Below, piece after piece: positions 1 to 14,520 of a stretch of DNA of 64,000 nt; positions within the stretch are counted from its first letter, which is position 1, and the number at the start of each line of letters is the position of its first letter. The DNA is taken from NCBI GenBank assembly GCA_011109175.1, contig RDEW01000012.1, positions 1,088,129 to 1,152,128 on the forward strand, written 5' to 3'. Source of the DNA: Dicyema japonicum. Its lineage: Eukaryota > Animalia > Dicyemida. The notes under the pieces were generated by a model, which had not been told where the DNA came from, did not search any database, and saw only the letters and a list, made by a program, of their open reading frames with translations. The translations under genes were made by a program, and so were the position numbers.

Positions 1-1427
1 GAAGGAACTTCTATCTTTCTTTAATTTTTTGTGAAGAGTCGAAAATGACCTTTTCACTTCACAGTATGTTGCCTGGTATTCCATTAACAATAAATGATCA
101 AACGGAGAAATTACTATTTCAATGAATTGCATAATTGCTGAAATGTTTTTTTTGATTCCTTTGCTTAAGTATTTTCAAATTTTGCAGAAATTTTTCCTTA
201 AAATAAGCATTCTTTAAAAATAATATGCCTTAAATATTGCAAATTTTTTTGATTCAATTACAGTTAAAATATTTGTTAATAAATTATATTCCTGGTTTAC
301 GCAAAGACGTGCGAGGAGAAAGTTTTATGCAGAAAACTGGTGGAACGGACAGTGAATAGCACGGCACAATCGGAAACCTAAGTATTCATAGGCTTATGGG
401 TAACGTATGAGTTCATTTAACTAACTTAAGTGACAATAATTGATGCATATTGTTTTTTGGTTGAGCTGGTGTCGTGGTTCTTAAACATTATGTATAGAAA
501 ACACGGAATTCGTGGACTACTCTTGGGCGTTAGGGTTATATGAAACTGGTTATATGAAGTTTGAACGTTGAAATAATAATATTAGATTTCCACATAATCC
601 AGTATAACTTATAATATATTGAATTATTAATTAAAGTAATACTTTTTAGGTTTCTATATTTATTTATCCCATTAAAATTTAATAAAGGGAGAGTTTGTGC
701 TAATTTTATTTTTGTTATCCTATGGCGATACCTGTACTAACTTTAACAGATGAGAGAGAAGCTTGTACCCAACCCGTGTCTCCAAAATATAAGTTTAAGT
801 TCTTTTCTAATAGCTCCAATTTAATATAACACAAGAGATTGTATATGGATTGAGAGTTCCCTTCAGGGTCGCGAACCTGATTTTATGGAAGAGACATCAT
901 ACTGTTCTAGGCTATCATTTCTGTGATCCAACAAGTCCGATCATCTCAACAAATTTTATGATATTGAGTAGAGCACTTAATACTTGTAAGCGTGGAATTG
1001 CAGTCATCTTAATGCCTAAAGCGTACAGCTGAATATAAAAATATCAAAGTAAAAATGATATTCCACCCAATATGTTCAAATGATGATAGTGATTATAAAC
1101 AGGTGGAATGTATACGCACTATAACAAAGATAATACTACTGAGTCACTATTAAGGGGATTTTGCAATGAGATAGTATGTCGCCGCTTCTCTTCGTGTTCT
1201 GCCTCGAACCGTTGAGCAGACTCATCAATTCCCAATTCGAACAAGTTCCCATCATTTATGAGGAGGTTTATGTTAGTATGAATCACCTATTTTCATTGAT
1301 GACATAAAACTGAAAATCTACGGTTCATGAGTGAATGCTTTTGCGTTTTTTTGAGAGAAATCGGTTATGAAAAAAATTTTTTTTTAAATTTAAATTTATT
1401 TATAAGCAAAAAAGGACAAAACATTAG

Positions 1428-2965
1428 TTAGCTGCCCTCTCACTGCGTGGCTGTTCCCTCTCAGAATTGCGAGCGAAAATCGCTCAAACCGCCAACGGCG
1501 TTCGCGGAGATCTCTAGTGCATGAGGTGATCCGGTTTCCAAGAGGTCCGAAAAACTCTAGTGTAGAGGTGGAGTAGGATCCAGAAGTCTCTATAGCAAGG
1601 AGAACAAATTAGACATTATCGGGAAGGTCGCCGTATTTTTCGAGTTTGGTCTTCTCCGCTTTGACGGCTGCAGAACATGCCCTTGAAGCGAACTCGTGAA
1701 GATTGTTCGGGGCGAACGTGTCTTTACATGTCACGTTCCAAACAAGTGGTTTCCCGACCTCAAAGGGAAATATGGTCATCCCGTCCAATCGTTTCCCGTC
1801 ACTTCTGCGTAACCTGACCGGTTCAAAAATGGCCGGAATATCCAGCAGCATCCATAGCCCGCTTGACAATCTCATTCAGAGCCTTGTGCCTTGGAGATCT
1901 GCCAGCGCTCCTCTTGCTTGCGAGAGGGTGCAGGCCATAGAGTCTATCAGGATGCCACATCGACATGGGTGAAGTATACATACTTTCAGTCCTAGCCGCA
2001 GAGAGATACCACTTCTAACGCATCCATTATCCAGAAAGGTGCCAGAGTTCCATTTGGGATGGCGTTTAGCCAAGCTCCGCTCTCAGGGGAAGCCCTTGAA
2101 AGCAAACAAGCGCGTCGGTCTGATTGGCTGATTCCAGTATGAGTCCGAATGATTTCCAGCACAATAAATTTTCCAGGTTTCGCTGGCAGTCTTGTGAAGG
2201 AGGCAAAGGCAGGTTGGTGGCATTCCAGGGTTCTCATGCGTGGATTATGTCTTGGTCAATTGAGAATTCTGGTAAGGAGTGTAGAATCCTCCTGACCAAA
2301 GGTCGCAGGCCGTGAGTGAAGACAGATGTGCAGGAAGTGAGACGTCCAAAGATTCCAAAACCCCAAATCTAACTGGGAGTGTAGCTTTCTTCCATGTAGC
2401 ATCGTCGAATTTGACATTAAATATTTGCTCCGTCGAGCTGAGAAAATACAAATCAAATGCTCAAGCTGCTCCAGTTGGGAATAGTAGGGGCTGTCCTGAG
2501 TAAATAGGCGATTCTCTGAATGTTAAGACTTCTTTTTATGAGGAATAGTGTTGAGTGTGAGTCAAGTAGCTGTAATCTGTCCAGCGATTCGCATAGGAGT
2601 TGTTTTTTGTCAAGAAAGACGTGCTTCATCGCATTCCTAGTGAATGGGGATTCAAGAAAAATCAATTCGTTTTCAGGGGTCGAAATCTCACCAAGAAACA
2701 AGGAGTAAAATTTTGGAACAATTGAATAGAAGTCATCGTCAGCAAGACCACAGTTTGTTATTTCACATTTCGTTGTGTTCAACACAAGACCCATCTCGGA
2801 CAACGCGGGGATGAATACTTCTAACTCCTGGAAGACCGTTTCTAAGACAGCGTCATCGAGGTACCAGATGTTGAGTGAGCATCGAGAGAGTTTCGTAATC
2901 ATCTCAATTCTGAGGGAGAACAGCAGTAGTCCGAGGGGCCCTGATGAACACCTGAGGACGATGGA
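1428..2965 (-). mobile_element. Degraded CRE-clade non-LTR retrotransposon (RT to REL endonuclease, 3' end)
   Basis: Broken ORFs 2453-2902 (IWYLDD..LGLVLNTTKCEI), 2245-2456 (QATLPVRFG-like), 1992-2237 (SPESGAWLNAIP), 1609-1875 (RRSDGKRLDGMTIFPF..GKPLVWNVTC); C-terminal FSLAILRGNS near 1440-1480; A-rich tail leftwards. Confidence 0.85.
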
Positions 2966-3059
2966 ACCATGAAATCCCCGTAAAACAGACTATTAACAGA
3001 ATGATTCCGAAGTAAATTGGAGTAGTACTGAGGAGCCTAAATTACTTTAAAGCTATTCA

Positions 3060-3240
3060 CCTCCGACCTGCGGTCCAAAGAAGAACAAGAAATCTTTATC
3101 GGACATACTCGGATACCTGTCACAAGGAACCTCTCAATGCTGGGAGTGACATACGACAGGCTGCTTAATTTCACTTACCATGCCATACAGGTCTTCACTA
3201 AAGGACTACAGAAATTGAATTTTGCAAGTACCCTCATCCA
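3060..3240 (+). mobile_element. Ingi/Jockey-type RT C-terminal fragment
   Basis: Translates IPVTRNLSMLGVTYDRLLNFTYHA (LGVTFD..L.F..H motif). Confidence 0.6.
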
Positions 3241-4449
3241 AGTTTAAAATCTGCTGGTCCCCTACTGGTTAGTGAGGCAGGGGATTCAATAATGACCTAG
3301 GCAATATGACCACTGTATGGCAGCAAAAATATTAAGATTGGACATCTTCCAGTGATCTTTAGAAGACCGTGGCTGAACAGGTCCCTTCATAATGGCAATT
3401 ATGGAGGCGAAATATTCGGATGATTGCCGCCAAGTTCAAAACTTGGAGTGTCTGTAGTATGGACGTCTTGATAGGACACGAGGAGGTTACGAATGACGCT
3501 GTTTTCGAATTCTGTTTTAGTAGTAAGAGACAACCCTCATTTCAAAACCCACAATAGGCCGGTCACGAATGTGTAGTTTCCGTGATTTAGCAAAATTAAA
3601 ATCCACGTGGATCCAGCAATTTTGTAAGTACTAAAACTGAAGAGACCTGTAAAAGACCCGATCTATTATCCATGGGCATTAACCGAACGCTGATCTACCA
3701 TAAAGAGCTGGTTGTGATTGGGAGTGAGTTGATCTGATAACATCCACCAGAAGACTTGTGAGCTGTAGATCGAGTGAAACCCTCATATACTCAGGTGAGA
3801 TAAATTAATATATTTTAATATTCAATAATACTGAGGAGCCTAAATTACTTTAAAGCTGAAAGTTACTCAAGTATTATAAAATCGTATATAATTTGATAAG
3901 ATTTAGTATATATTAATTTTTAGTGAAAGTTAATAAAATATTTAAGCAATAATGATTTTTTACAATGAAAAAACAGTAATAGAAAAGATAAAGAGACTCT
4001 TTAAGTCCATGAGAAAAACTGAAAACAGGGGTAATCAGTTTCAGGGGAATAGAAGCCCGCAATATATCTATGTTAAATCCTGACGTTCTAAATTCAAATA
4101 TATTTCAAATATACGTTGTTAAATTGTATTAAATTGTTTTATTTTGATAGAAAATATGAAGTTTTCAATTTTTGTTTGTTTATGTTCTACAAATCTAATT
4201 ATAATGAGAAATTCTTTTTACGTCGTTAAAATTGAATATTGGAATAAATCACTGTATTCAACGGTAACTGAAGAAGTATTTTTTCGGTTATATTTTAGTA
4301 TTTTTGTGAATTCTTTATATATTAATGATTACACAATTATTATATGCTTTCTTGAATAATTAAAATATTAAAAATTATATAATTTAATTTTTCTATATTC
4401 TATGGGTACACTCGTGGTATTCGAGTCATTGTGGACGACAAAACACTAT

Positions 4450-5760
4450 AACCAGACCTTTTAGAATTATTGCTGCTAAGAACGCCATAGTTTCTCTGGT
4501 CTGCCTACGCTGTAGGAATCACTCATATCTGAATGGGAGAAAAGTTGAGGATCTTTCTACTCGTTCAAGAACAGAAGGAATGTTTGTAGACTTGAGGATC
4601 GCTGGGATTGAATTGACTGGGCGTTTTAAATGGTCGTCAGCTTCATTCATTTTAGCAAAACTGGGATAATTCCTTAACTTGCCCTTTGACTTCTGCAAAT
4701 GATTGCATATGTTACCTCCTTAGACATCTTTAAAGTTCGTTCCCGTACGATATTCTTCATTATTCCCCCTACTCGTTTGGCTCCCTCTTGTTAATTATGT
4801 CTCAGAGGTTATGTCTTCTCTAATTGGGGGTGATCTAGGTGGAACTCATAAAGGTCGTGATGTTACAAGGCAATGTATTCTTTGGAAAAGCATCAAGTTC
4901 TTTAGAAATATTTCACATGCTTCCAAATGGATACGTATTTTAAATCCCCCAGTTATCCTTGCAAAAATTGTTTACTGGGACTCAGAAGCAGCTAAAGAAA
5001 AGAAGCAATACCGTATCAGTAATACCTGAATCAGTAACTGGAATGTCTACGAGGATTCACATACAGAAGGTTTGACATTCTTGATGGTTTTCCTCCTTTT
5101 ATGATTTATCAACATAACTGCTCTTCTCCTCACAGTGTTAAAACCGCCAAGAATATCACGCTCCTTTGTTGTTATTACAGTCAGGTTCCCTTTCTCAATG
5201 CCAGTTCTGCTTTAGTTATTTAATGTCCTATTACTCTATAAAGGAATATCAAACTGAAATAGAGTAATATAGGCTCTATCTGTAGAGTCATTCCTTCTAC
5301 CGAAACTACAGATCTACTCGGTGTTTATCTATTTTTACCAGAGGTGCTAACCTTGGAGAAACTATCTAGTGGAAATTTTCTAGTATAAACATAACTAATC
5401 CAGTAAAAAGGTTATTATAACCATCAGATTTTTGTTAATGATTATTAAAGAGCTACAAAGGCAATTTACTGATCCGACAGTTTTAATGTCTGAAAATCCC
5501 CTGTGTTTATTGGTTAGTTTGCCGAATTACGCGGTGTAATAGGTGCTGGAGCAAATCCAGATTGTGCTGAGTTCAAATTTCTCTACTGTCTACTTTGGCA
5601 GAAGGTTCCACGCATCTACGACGCTTCTGGGATTGGAGAGTAACATCGTCATCAGTGGAGCTGGATTATCTCAGGAACTCACACACAACAAAAAGAAAAG
5701 ACAAGTAGTTAAGAACACCTTAGATGTCTTGATTAATTACAATAACAGATCTATACTTCT
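4450..5760 (-). pseudogene. Unidentified decayed protein-coding region with short GT-AG introns; related relic at about 9950-10750
   Basis: Coding-like stretches with stops (SSSTDDDVTLQSQKRRRCVEPSAKVDSREI*TQHNLDLLQHLLHR) and a plausible 30-nt intron; shared ends (ttgctgctaagaa at ~4468 and ~9953). No family recognised. Confidence 0.3.
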
Positions 5761-6262
5761 TAAATAAACTATTTGCTTTGCCAAGCTGAGATGAGTAATG
5801 GAAACATTATTACTCAGTGACGGAAGGGCTGAATTATTATTTATTATTTCGTTGACATAGAAGAAAATATATTTTTTTACAAAGAACACGAAAAAATTGG
5901 TGACTCAAACTATAGTAGAATATATAAGGCAAGGTATGATGTGAATATGTTATGATTGAATTTCCACTATTGACAGAAAAGGCGTGATAATTAATACGGA
6001 TTAGAAAAACTAGTGGGACAACTCACTCAATTAATATTCTCACGTGGAAGACTAAACTGGTTAATCTGAACATACTTGGTTCTCAGACTTTTTCCATAGA
6101 GTCGTCATAGAGTCGTGATTAGGTTGCTTATATCACAAAAATAAGTTTTAAACTCAGCTTCGGTTGAGGTGCGTAATTTCAGGACATTCGATAATCAAAA
6201 ATACGAGAAAACAAAAATTTTACGATCAAAGACAAGAATACAGTCGGTATTATTAATCTTTT

Positions 6263-6730
6263 TCATGACGTATTTCTCAGCTTTATATACGTGTCCTGGA
6301 CCTTTGATCTCCTCTTGAAGCCATTGATCCGATCCTCCACAATCTTGCTAATCGGTTCTAAGAGTTTGTTTTCGTCTTCGCTTAGACAGTTTTTCAGTTT
6401 CTTGTTTAAGGAGAGCTTAATTGCAGCTCTTCTAGTTTTCTCTAGGAGAGATAAGATCTTGTCCCTCTTCGGAGAAAATAACCACCCCTCGCACCCATAA
6501 AGTAGGCTAGGGAGAATAACTCTCTTGAAGATAAACAGGTAAGTGTCACGGCTAACGTGTAACTTCCGTGTACATAGGAGCGACTGAAAGGCTCTCTTTC
6601 TCCTCCCCTTTATGTCGTCCATGTAATCTCCTGCCTGTCTATAGTCGACCCCCAGGTAGCGCAGACTGTGTGAATTGTTTACTTCCAGTGTGTATTCTTG
6701 TTTTTCAAACTGCTTATTCGGAGTGCGCAA
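6263..6730 (-). mobile_element. RTE-like RT C-terminal fragment
   Basis: ORF 155 aa: LRYLGV...IFKRVILPSLLYGCEGW. Confidence 0.75.
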
Positions 6731-8054
6731 GATTCTTCATCAGAGTGTTATATTATATGTTCTTAGGCGATTTTTGTCAATAATTTCAATATTTATATGT
6801 TCTTAAAATTGTAAAAATTTTCAAAAATGTAGTTTTTAGTCAAAAATAGCATATAAATAAAGTTAGAGTTAATCAATCCGAGGGTCTTTTGGTAGGGAGT
6901 TGGGTTTCTGGGACGTCCTCCATCGAGCATCTATGCTAGTGAATTTTCATTACCTCGTGAAGTTCAGGTAAACATGGCGCCTACCGCTGCGGTCACCACG
7001 TGGGTATCACACTACCTAATATAAGACCGGGCATACAAAGTCGTCACTTTTCTCTTCCTGTTCACTTTAGGACCACAGGACAAGTAACCTTTTCTCGTGC
7101 CCTGTCCCGCCTTTTGTTTCTCCGCGCGGTGTCAACCTTTTGGATTCAAGGAACATCAGTATATTGCAGTTACATTCTCTTTAGGAACCGGTTTCTATCA
7201 CTTGAAGGTACCGAGGGTAAATACATAACTTGAGTTCTACATCTTCTTCACAACTCCCTAAAATTAGAGGATTTTATAAAGACGTTGGTATTCGTATTTC
7301 TTAGGTAATGAGCAATCACAATAAAAAACAAAACAAGAGAAATATTTATTAAAATTGTCTAACCACCCAAAATAATTTATAATTAAATTTTTAATTATAA
7401 ATAAAATACAAATTTACATTTCAATTTCAAATCAAATGTCGCCTGTGAAGTAGTAATACGAAAAATTATTACTATGAGGAAATTTTATGTTGAAGCTGAT
7501 TGACATTGAAACATTAACAGAACAGTATATCCTTCATCAATTAGTACGAGATTTAATAGATTTTTGGTCAAAGTTGCAAGGAATGTGTTCATTCATAGTT
7601 TCGAAATGTTGAATCAGAGACTAAATACGACCATGTCTATACATTTGGTTCTTTAGTCTCGTTATGAGACAGATTTCCTTAAAGGATATCAAATTTGATT
7701 TGATCGCATAGACATGCTTTATATCCAAAATTTTTTGTTCAACAAAAATAGCAATCATCTTCGAAAGCTAAGAACTTACTGGATGTCGCGAGCCACAGCA
7801 GTTGCACCATTTTTTACCAGCCGCAGACGTTACAGCGAAAATAAAATCGCCTTTGAAAGCTCAGGAACTCACTGGATGATCTAGTTGGATGGCTAACATG
7901 TCAAGGAAACCGGTGGCTAAAATGTCAGCTTTAATATTCAAAAAAATTAAAATTTAAAGGCTACCCATTGTGGATAAAGAAGATATTTGACTAAGAGGGT
8001 GAGTCATGAAATTAAGATCTCGTAAGTCGTTTAGCCCCGGCACGTGAAGAAATG

Positions 8055-9380
8055 AAATTATCAAATCACATAAATAAAGCAATAGTGGGCATGTATGATT
8101 GTATCAATGAAAAAAAATGTATTCCAAATTTATGGCGAACTTGGTATCCCACATAATCTTTATGACTCCATAAGAACAGTTAATAGTGATTACTTGTGGA
8201 AATTGAAATAGCGGAATATAATTAATACTTCAGTTGAGGATTCTATGAATTTAGGATAACAAATGATTCTTCGAAATCGTATTTGCATTAAACAAGACAA
8301 TAAGGATGTAGAACAACAGAGAATTTATATTTTATAATCAAAATGATTTTGTTGAGCTTCATTTCAATATTCAATAAATGGAAGGAATGTTAACTTTCTC
8401 ACATCCGTTAGAATGTGTTGTTTTGATTTGATGCACAGCAAATGTTATTTTTGATTCAAAACTGTAGTATTTGTCAATAATGTTTTAGGAGTAATGTAAT
8501 TATTGAGAGGAGCTTTCGAGGGAATTAAAAATTAATGTTTTCAATGACACAGAAAATTGTTTTCGTGTATGTTACTGTCAAGACAATTCTCGAAATGACT
8601 GAATTATTTTCTAAGCATTTTGTGAATTGACAGATTACACAAATTGACTGCAACATATATATTTTACATTTATTTTGATTTTTATATATTAACGGAAATG
8701 AAAAACACTGGAAAATTTTAAGGTGAAGCTGATGGGTGTTAGAAAATAATATTGGCACGTCAAGACACGTAAATTATCAAATTTCATGTTGCTGTCGATA
8801 ATTGAGAATTTTAATATGCAATCGGGCATGTATGATTTTGTCATAGGGAACAAAAACTTGTCTTTCATTTTTTGTCGAATTTGGTAGCTCCTTTAATGTC
8901 CATGAATTATAAGAACCATTAATAGTGATGACTTGTGGAAGTTCAATAGCAAAATAAAATTAATACATAAATGATGATTCTAGTCTGAATTTACGATAAA
9001 ATGGAATCTTCGAAATTGCATCAAACAGGACAATAATTATTTCGAACAATAAAAATATGTTGCTAACTGAATTTATGTTTTACAGTGAATATACAGTTTT
9101 TAATCAAAATGATTTTGTTAAGTTTCATATCAGAATTCGATAAATTGGAGAAATATTAACTTTCTCATATCCGTTAGAATGTAAGTTGTTTTGATTTGAT
9201 GCACAGCGAATGTTATTTTTGATTCAAAACTGTAAAATTTGTCAATAATGTTTTATGAGTAATGTAATTATTAAGAGTTGCTTTGGAATCAAAGTTAATG
9301 TTTTCAACGACAAAGAAAAATGTTTTCGTGTATATTTTTTAAATTTTATTTTGAATCTTTATATTAACTGAAATGAATTT
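8055..9380. repeat. Diverged tandem duplication, period about 716 bp; partial third copy about 9520-9800
   Basis: aaattatcaaat at 8055 and 8771; shared blocks gggcatgtatgatt, tccgttagaatgt, gttttgatttgatgcacagc, aatcaaaatgattttgtt in the same order. Confidence 0.8.
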
Positions 9381-12300
9381 GATAGACCTCGAAAATTTAA
9401 TGACCGGTTGAAGCGAAGGTGTTATCCTTAATATCTGAGTGCGAGATTTCTGTGCAAGATTTCACGTTGTAAATGATTAATTGTGGACAGTGAAATAGAG
9501 GAATACACATCATACGTCATTTGAGGATTCGTAGAAATCATATTTGCATTAAACAGGTAAATAAGACTTTCGACAACAAATTGACAAATGAGTTTATGCT
9601 TTACATTGAATTTAGAGTTTATCAAACTGATTTTTTGGTTTATTTCAGAATCCTGCTAAATGCTTGAGATTGTAAGTTTCTCAGATTTTTAAAAAAATGT
9701 AATGTTTTAGGAGAAATGTAATAATTGAGAGAAGTGTTTTTGAGAGAATCAGAATTTAAATGAATTAATGTTTCAAGGAAAAATGTTTATGTCAATATTT
9801 TTTCAATTTTAGTTTGCATTTCTTATATATTAATGATTATCTAATAATTATGAAATTTTGATTTTCCAATTATTATGAAATGTTTTGAATAATTAAAATA
9901 ATTTTTAACAAAACTAAAATTTTCTAATTTGATTTTTATGAGAATGGAATTGGTTGCTGCTAAGAAAACAAGGAGATTGACTACAAAAAGTGTAACAATT
10001 TTATCAAGAAACTTTTGTTTACTTTTTACCTTATACAATCAGCTCTCAAGTGGAGTATGCCTGTGTTTTTGAGTTTGTAGAATCCCAGTCTCAAGTTACG
10101 ACACCATAAATTCTCTAGAATGGTTCGTTTGACAAACCGTTCTACTCTATTCTTCCCCACCCTTTGCTTGAAAACTCTGCAACCTGGAATAGTGAGTCGG
10201 TTTCCGTACTCTATGTGGTGTCGAATCTTCGTCTCATAAGAAAATCTATTGAATATGATAGATCAGCAGTAGAAGCCATCGAAACTCGTAAACTCTTAAA
10301 GAAACACACGTCTCTCAAATTATGCTGAAAGAGGAGCGTCGTGGCAGCAGAAAAGGAGTGGGAACTATGTAGGAATACAGGAGAATCCTCATGGACAAGT
10401 TGTGACTAATTGAATCAATGAGAATAATATTATTTTTACTCTTCTCTCAAGTCTCTCATCTCACACAAATAAGCATCTCTTCTTCATTATTTGCACTATC
10501 TCATCACGTCACTCAAACAGTCTCTCCAATAGGTCATTGTACTAGTTAGGAAGTTTTATTTGCGTAAACACAGACAACTCCTGTTAGAAAACGAAAAGAT
10601 GAGTTAGCTGACATTGGAGATACAATGTTTCGGAACAAGGAAGTGTTAAATACACTATTTCTCGAATTCATCCTAACAAATTTTGAGAAAGTTGATGCTC
10701 TATGGGAGTAACTGCATCTTGTACATGTGCCATCTTCAATTCCTAAGAAGTATAAGTTAATCTATTTCTTTCACCGGAAACCAAGCACTTGAACGGCATT
10801 CAAAAATGATTTATCTCTTCCCTATTCCGTATTAATATCCCGGAATATAATTCGATTGATATTTCAAGGCGTCCTGGTACTATTAGTGTATATGTAACCC
10901 TCTTTTCTACAAGAAAATTTAAATTAACGATCACTAAAAATAAAAATGTTGTATTAATAAGCACTTATTACACAATCTGTCCACTATTTAATGCTCCATT
11001 GCCAAGAATTATTAAGGAAAATGTTAGCGAATCGATTTGAACGCGTCTGGATGGATAACAATTGGTGGTATTACTCGAAGAAATTGAAGGACTATTCATG
11101 GACTATCAAGATCTTATGGTTCATGATGGAAAGTCTCCAAAAGAATACTATTTGTAACAAAAATGACAACCACCTTCAGCATCCATAAAAGATGTTTGTC
11201 GCAGTTTAATAACTGAGGAATCTTCATGGTGATTAGACGGTTGAATTATGCAGTGGAAATCGTCCATATTTGTGAAACACCACAATCAAGCACTAAGCAA
11301 GAAATTAACCATAATAGAAAAACCAACACGGGATTTGACAAATGCAATCAAATTATTGTGTAGTTGTATAAGAGACCATAAAAGATACTCATAGAATGAA
11401 GATCTATAATGGAAATCGAACTTTCTCTGATAATAGAGTATCGTCCCCCGCTTTAATTTGAAACGTGGATTCGAATTGATTGACTGGGAGTAAATAAATT
11501 AATTCTAAAAATAATGTGCTTGGGGGTTAAAAAAGTAATAAATAAATCTCAAATGGAAAATAAAATATTCCAGATCCATAAAAAATATTATTTTTATTGT
11601 GACCCTTGAAATAATCAAATTCATTTTAATTATCGCACATAAAATAATGTTAATATTGAAGAATTTGTTATTTACAATCAAAACCAATCATCTGGTAGAA
11701 TTAACAACACACTTTAGTGACGTACTAATCGAGTGGGGTAAGGGGAAATTGAGGAGTATAAAATCAACAACAACTCTGCTCTTTCTATAATAAAGTGTAC
11801 TTGTCCAATTAGTGGAGGGGTAAAGAAAAATTCATATATACCAAAATATTCCTAAAGAACACTGTGATAATAGCTTTCCAACACCAATAAAGGAATCACA
11901 ATATTGAAATTTATACTCGTTAATAAATAAATAATAGCGAAATATAAAAATGCAGAAGACAAAAAAGCAAACAACAGACAAACAAAACGTTGCGGACTAA
12001 ACCTTTTTTTAAACGTGTTTCCATATTAAAAAAATTATTTTATTAAATAACATTTAAATTTAAAAAATAGCTTAAATTTTGTTTGATTTAATTTTTTCTG
12101 GAAAGGTTATCTCTTTAATGTCTTTGGAATCCCTAATCTGTAAGAATCGAGGTATGCACCGTGCAACTACAAACATTCTTTTACAGGACTAAACGTGCTT
12201 GTGTGTCTTGAATGATGAGCATCGAGTTAAGATGAGGTTACTGCCGATGGATATCAACATCACGTGAGTAGTTAATTTGGCGTTACCTTGGTCTTTAGAA

Positions 12301-13689
12301 TTTTTTATTCATATTAAGTTTCCTAGTTAATTACACTTCATTGACGTATAGAGCTGGTTCTGTAGAAAGACAAGATTAGCTCTCTCAGTTGTACTTAATA
12401 ATACTTAAAAGTACTCGAAAGTAAGTTGAAAGTCGCTAGACTCTGAAATCACTGACTAACAGTCGATACGGAAAATAATATTATGTCAGCGTTAGAAGAT
12501 CCAACAACGAAGGTTTTAGCATCATTGACTGAAAAGGATATTAACTGACTAGTTGTAGACGAGAATAGCAAGCTGTTTCTAAATTAATATTTACAACTTG
12601 TAGCGACTGTCCTTAAAATTATCACGTCCGCAGTTCATCGAGGTCATTCATGAGGTAGAATAGACAAATATGAGTACGATAAAGATATCTACGTTATTAG
12701 AGTGACCGCAGTTATCAAGATGACAGGTGTCTTGCAGAGCTGTGGAAGGGAGAGCCTAGAATAACATCATTGATCTTTCAAAAAATGGGCTCACAATCAA
12801 GAGGGGTAGCTCCCACAGCGTGCTCAATTCATGCATGCAATAATGAAGCCCTTCTACTTTTTTAATTAAAATCATCTGCAGATATGATTGAAACCTTGAG
12901 CATATACGCACAAATAATGGATGAAGCTAAAAATAGAATATGATGGATCTGAGAATCCGACAGCAAATCGTCTTCATTTTCCTTTCAGAGGAGACGGCGT
13001 TGAGAATAATCAGGGTTTTCTACGCTTCTGCAAGGAGCTAGGAAGCCCATTCGAGAAAGGGTGGATCAACAAGAATTCCGATTGACCACAAAATTGCATC
13101 CAATAGAATTCCTCTGTAGACAACCTGGGAAGAGCTTGGAACACTCAGGGAGAGATCGGAAGCTATCGGAGGCTGGAATTACCTAATTGGTTGGCAAAAC
13201 TTGTTAGATAGATAAAAAAAACTGACCTATTTACTCTTCCTCCTTGAGGCAGATTCGTCCATTTTCTCAAATTTTGAAAAAGAATATATCAACTCTTGCT
13301 TAATATGGAAAGTTGGGTACCCGGTGTCTCCTGAGCAGCATTTTTCCAATCCGCATGAGAAGAAAAATTTTAACTTGTTTTGATTTTTGGGAGATGAAGA
13401 TGTTTCGTGTAATAGAGGTACGTCACCTCCCAAATCCTCTACCTAGTTCATGGTCACGAGACAATACAAGAGTTTTCATCCACCATAAACAAGCAGACAT
13501 TTCGTCCAATAGAAGTGCGTCAATAGCTGATTCCCACATCAACTCTCGACTTAGTTAATTTTTTTTAATTTATTTTTTATTTTTTTTTTATCTAAACTTA
13601 TATTATTATAAGGAAAAAGATATGACTATTGTTTGTTTTGTTTTAACGATTAAAATTGAATTATAAGGAAAAAGGAAAAAGAATAGTTA

Positions 13690-13800
13690 ATTTTAATTCA
13701 GCTGTTGGGAGATGCACAAGCTATTCCCACGGACAACAGCCAACGAGAGCCTCTCCTTGAAGCCATCTCGTCTCACGAAGATCACCAGTTTTGTCAGTTA
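13690..13800 (-). mobile_element. CRE-type 3' end fragment
   Basis: Minus strand reads FKERLSLAVVRGNSL (CRE C-terminal RLS.A..RGN). Confidence 0.6.
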
Positions 13801-14199
13801 GTAGTTTTCCCAAATGGTGTTCAGGAACTTATTTATTTTAAAAATTCAACCATCAATATATTAAATATTAAATTAATTTGGTTAGTAATATTTTAGTAAT
13901 TATCCCATTCTTAGCATATTCAATGATCTTTTCTCATTAGGCAAATCTGGTAGATCAGCTTGATTATCCTCATAAAAATGATCAGACTGGTCGTCCATTA
14001 TCTCTACTTGAACATAATACAAAACAAATACAGCTGACTGCTAGTGAAGAACTAGCGAAAAATAGCAAGCAAACTAACAATAAATAATTCATCAAAAAGC
14101 ATTAAATCAGTCTATTTTATGTTCAATAGTGCAGCACATGCTTTTTTTGCATAAATGACATTGGTTGTATAAAATCAATTTTAGCATTAATTACTTGCT

Positions 14200-14520
14200 T
14201 TACGCCCAAAATCCAATTATTGAGTACTTCAGGGTTTTCTCTAAAACAAGTGCAATGTTCCTAGATAAATCTGTCATCTGCGTATATAATCTCCATCGGT
14301 ATGTATCCTTCGCATTATGTTCTAAGAGCTCTCAGTACCGCCTTCAGGCATACGACGAATAGAACCTCAGATTGGAAGTACCCTGAGCTGTTTCCAACTG
14401 TTGTCCCGAAAGGCATCGATGTCGTGTTCCCATCCCGTACAGTTAGTTCAGTATTAGAAAAGTGTTATCCTCATCACGGAAACTCCCAATAACTTTGAGC
14501 GTAAATGAAGAACTCAGGTA
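14200..14520 (-). mobile_element. RTE RT fragment, related to the 39499-42475 element
   Basis: SNTELTVRDGNTTSMPFGTTVG...VLFVVCLKAVLRALR...MEIIYADD. Confidence 0.75.

Noticed and set aside
372-425. Short similarity to 43745-43800 (aaacc.taagtattcata.g..tatggg..ttaactaacttaa)
   Set aside because: Probably a real repeat remnant, but too short to classify or to support a functional claim.
6880-7070. Partial matches to the LINE/short-element signature (ggcgccatgt, ggaggacgtccca, ttttctcttcct)
   Set aside because: Motifs are short, on mixed strands and at the wrong spacing; a consistent fold could not be built.
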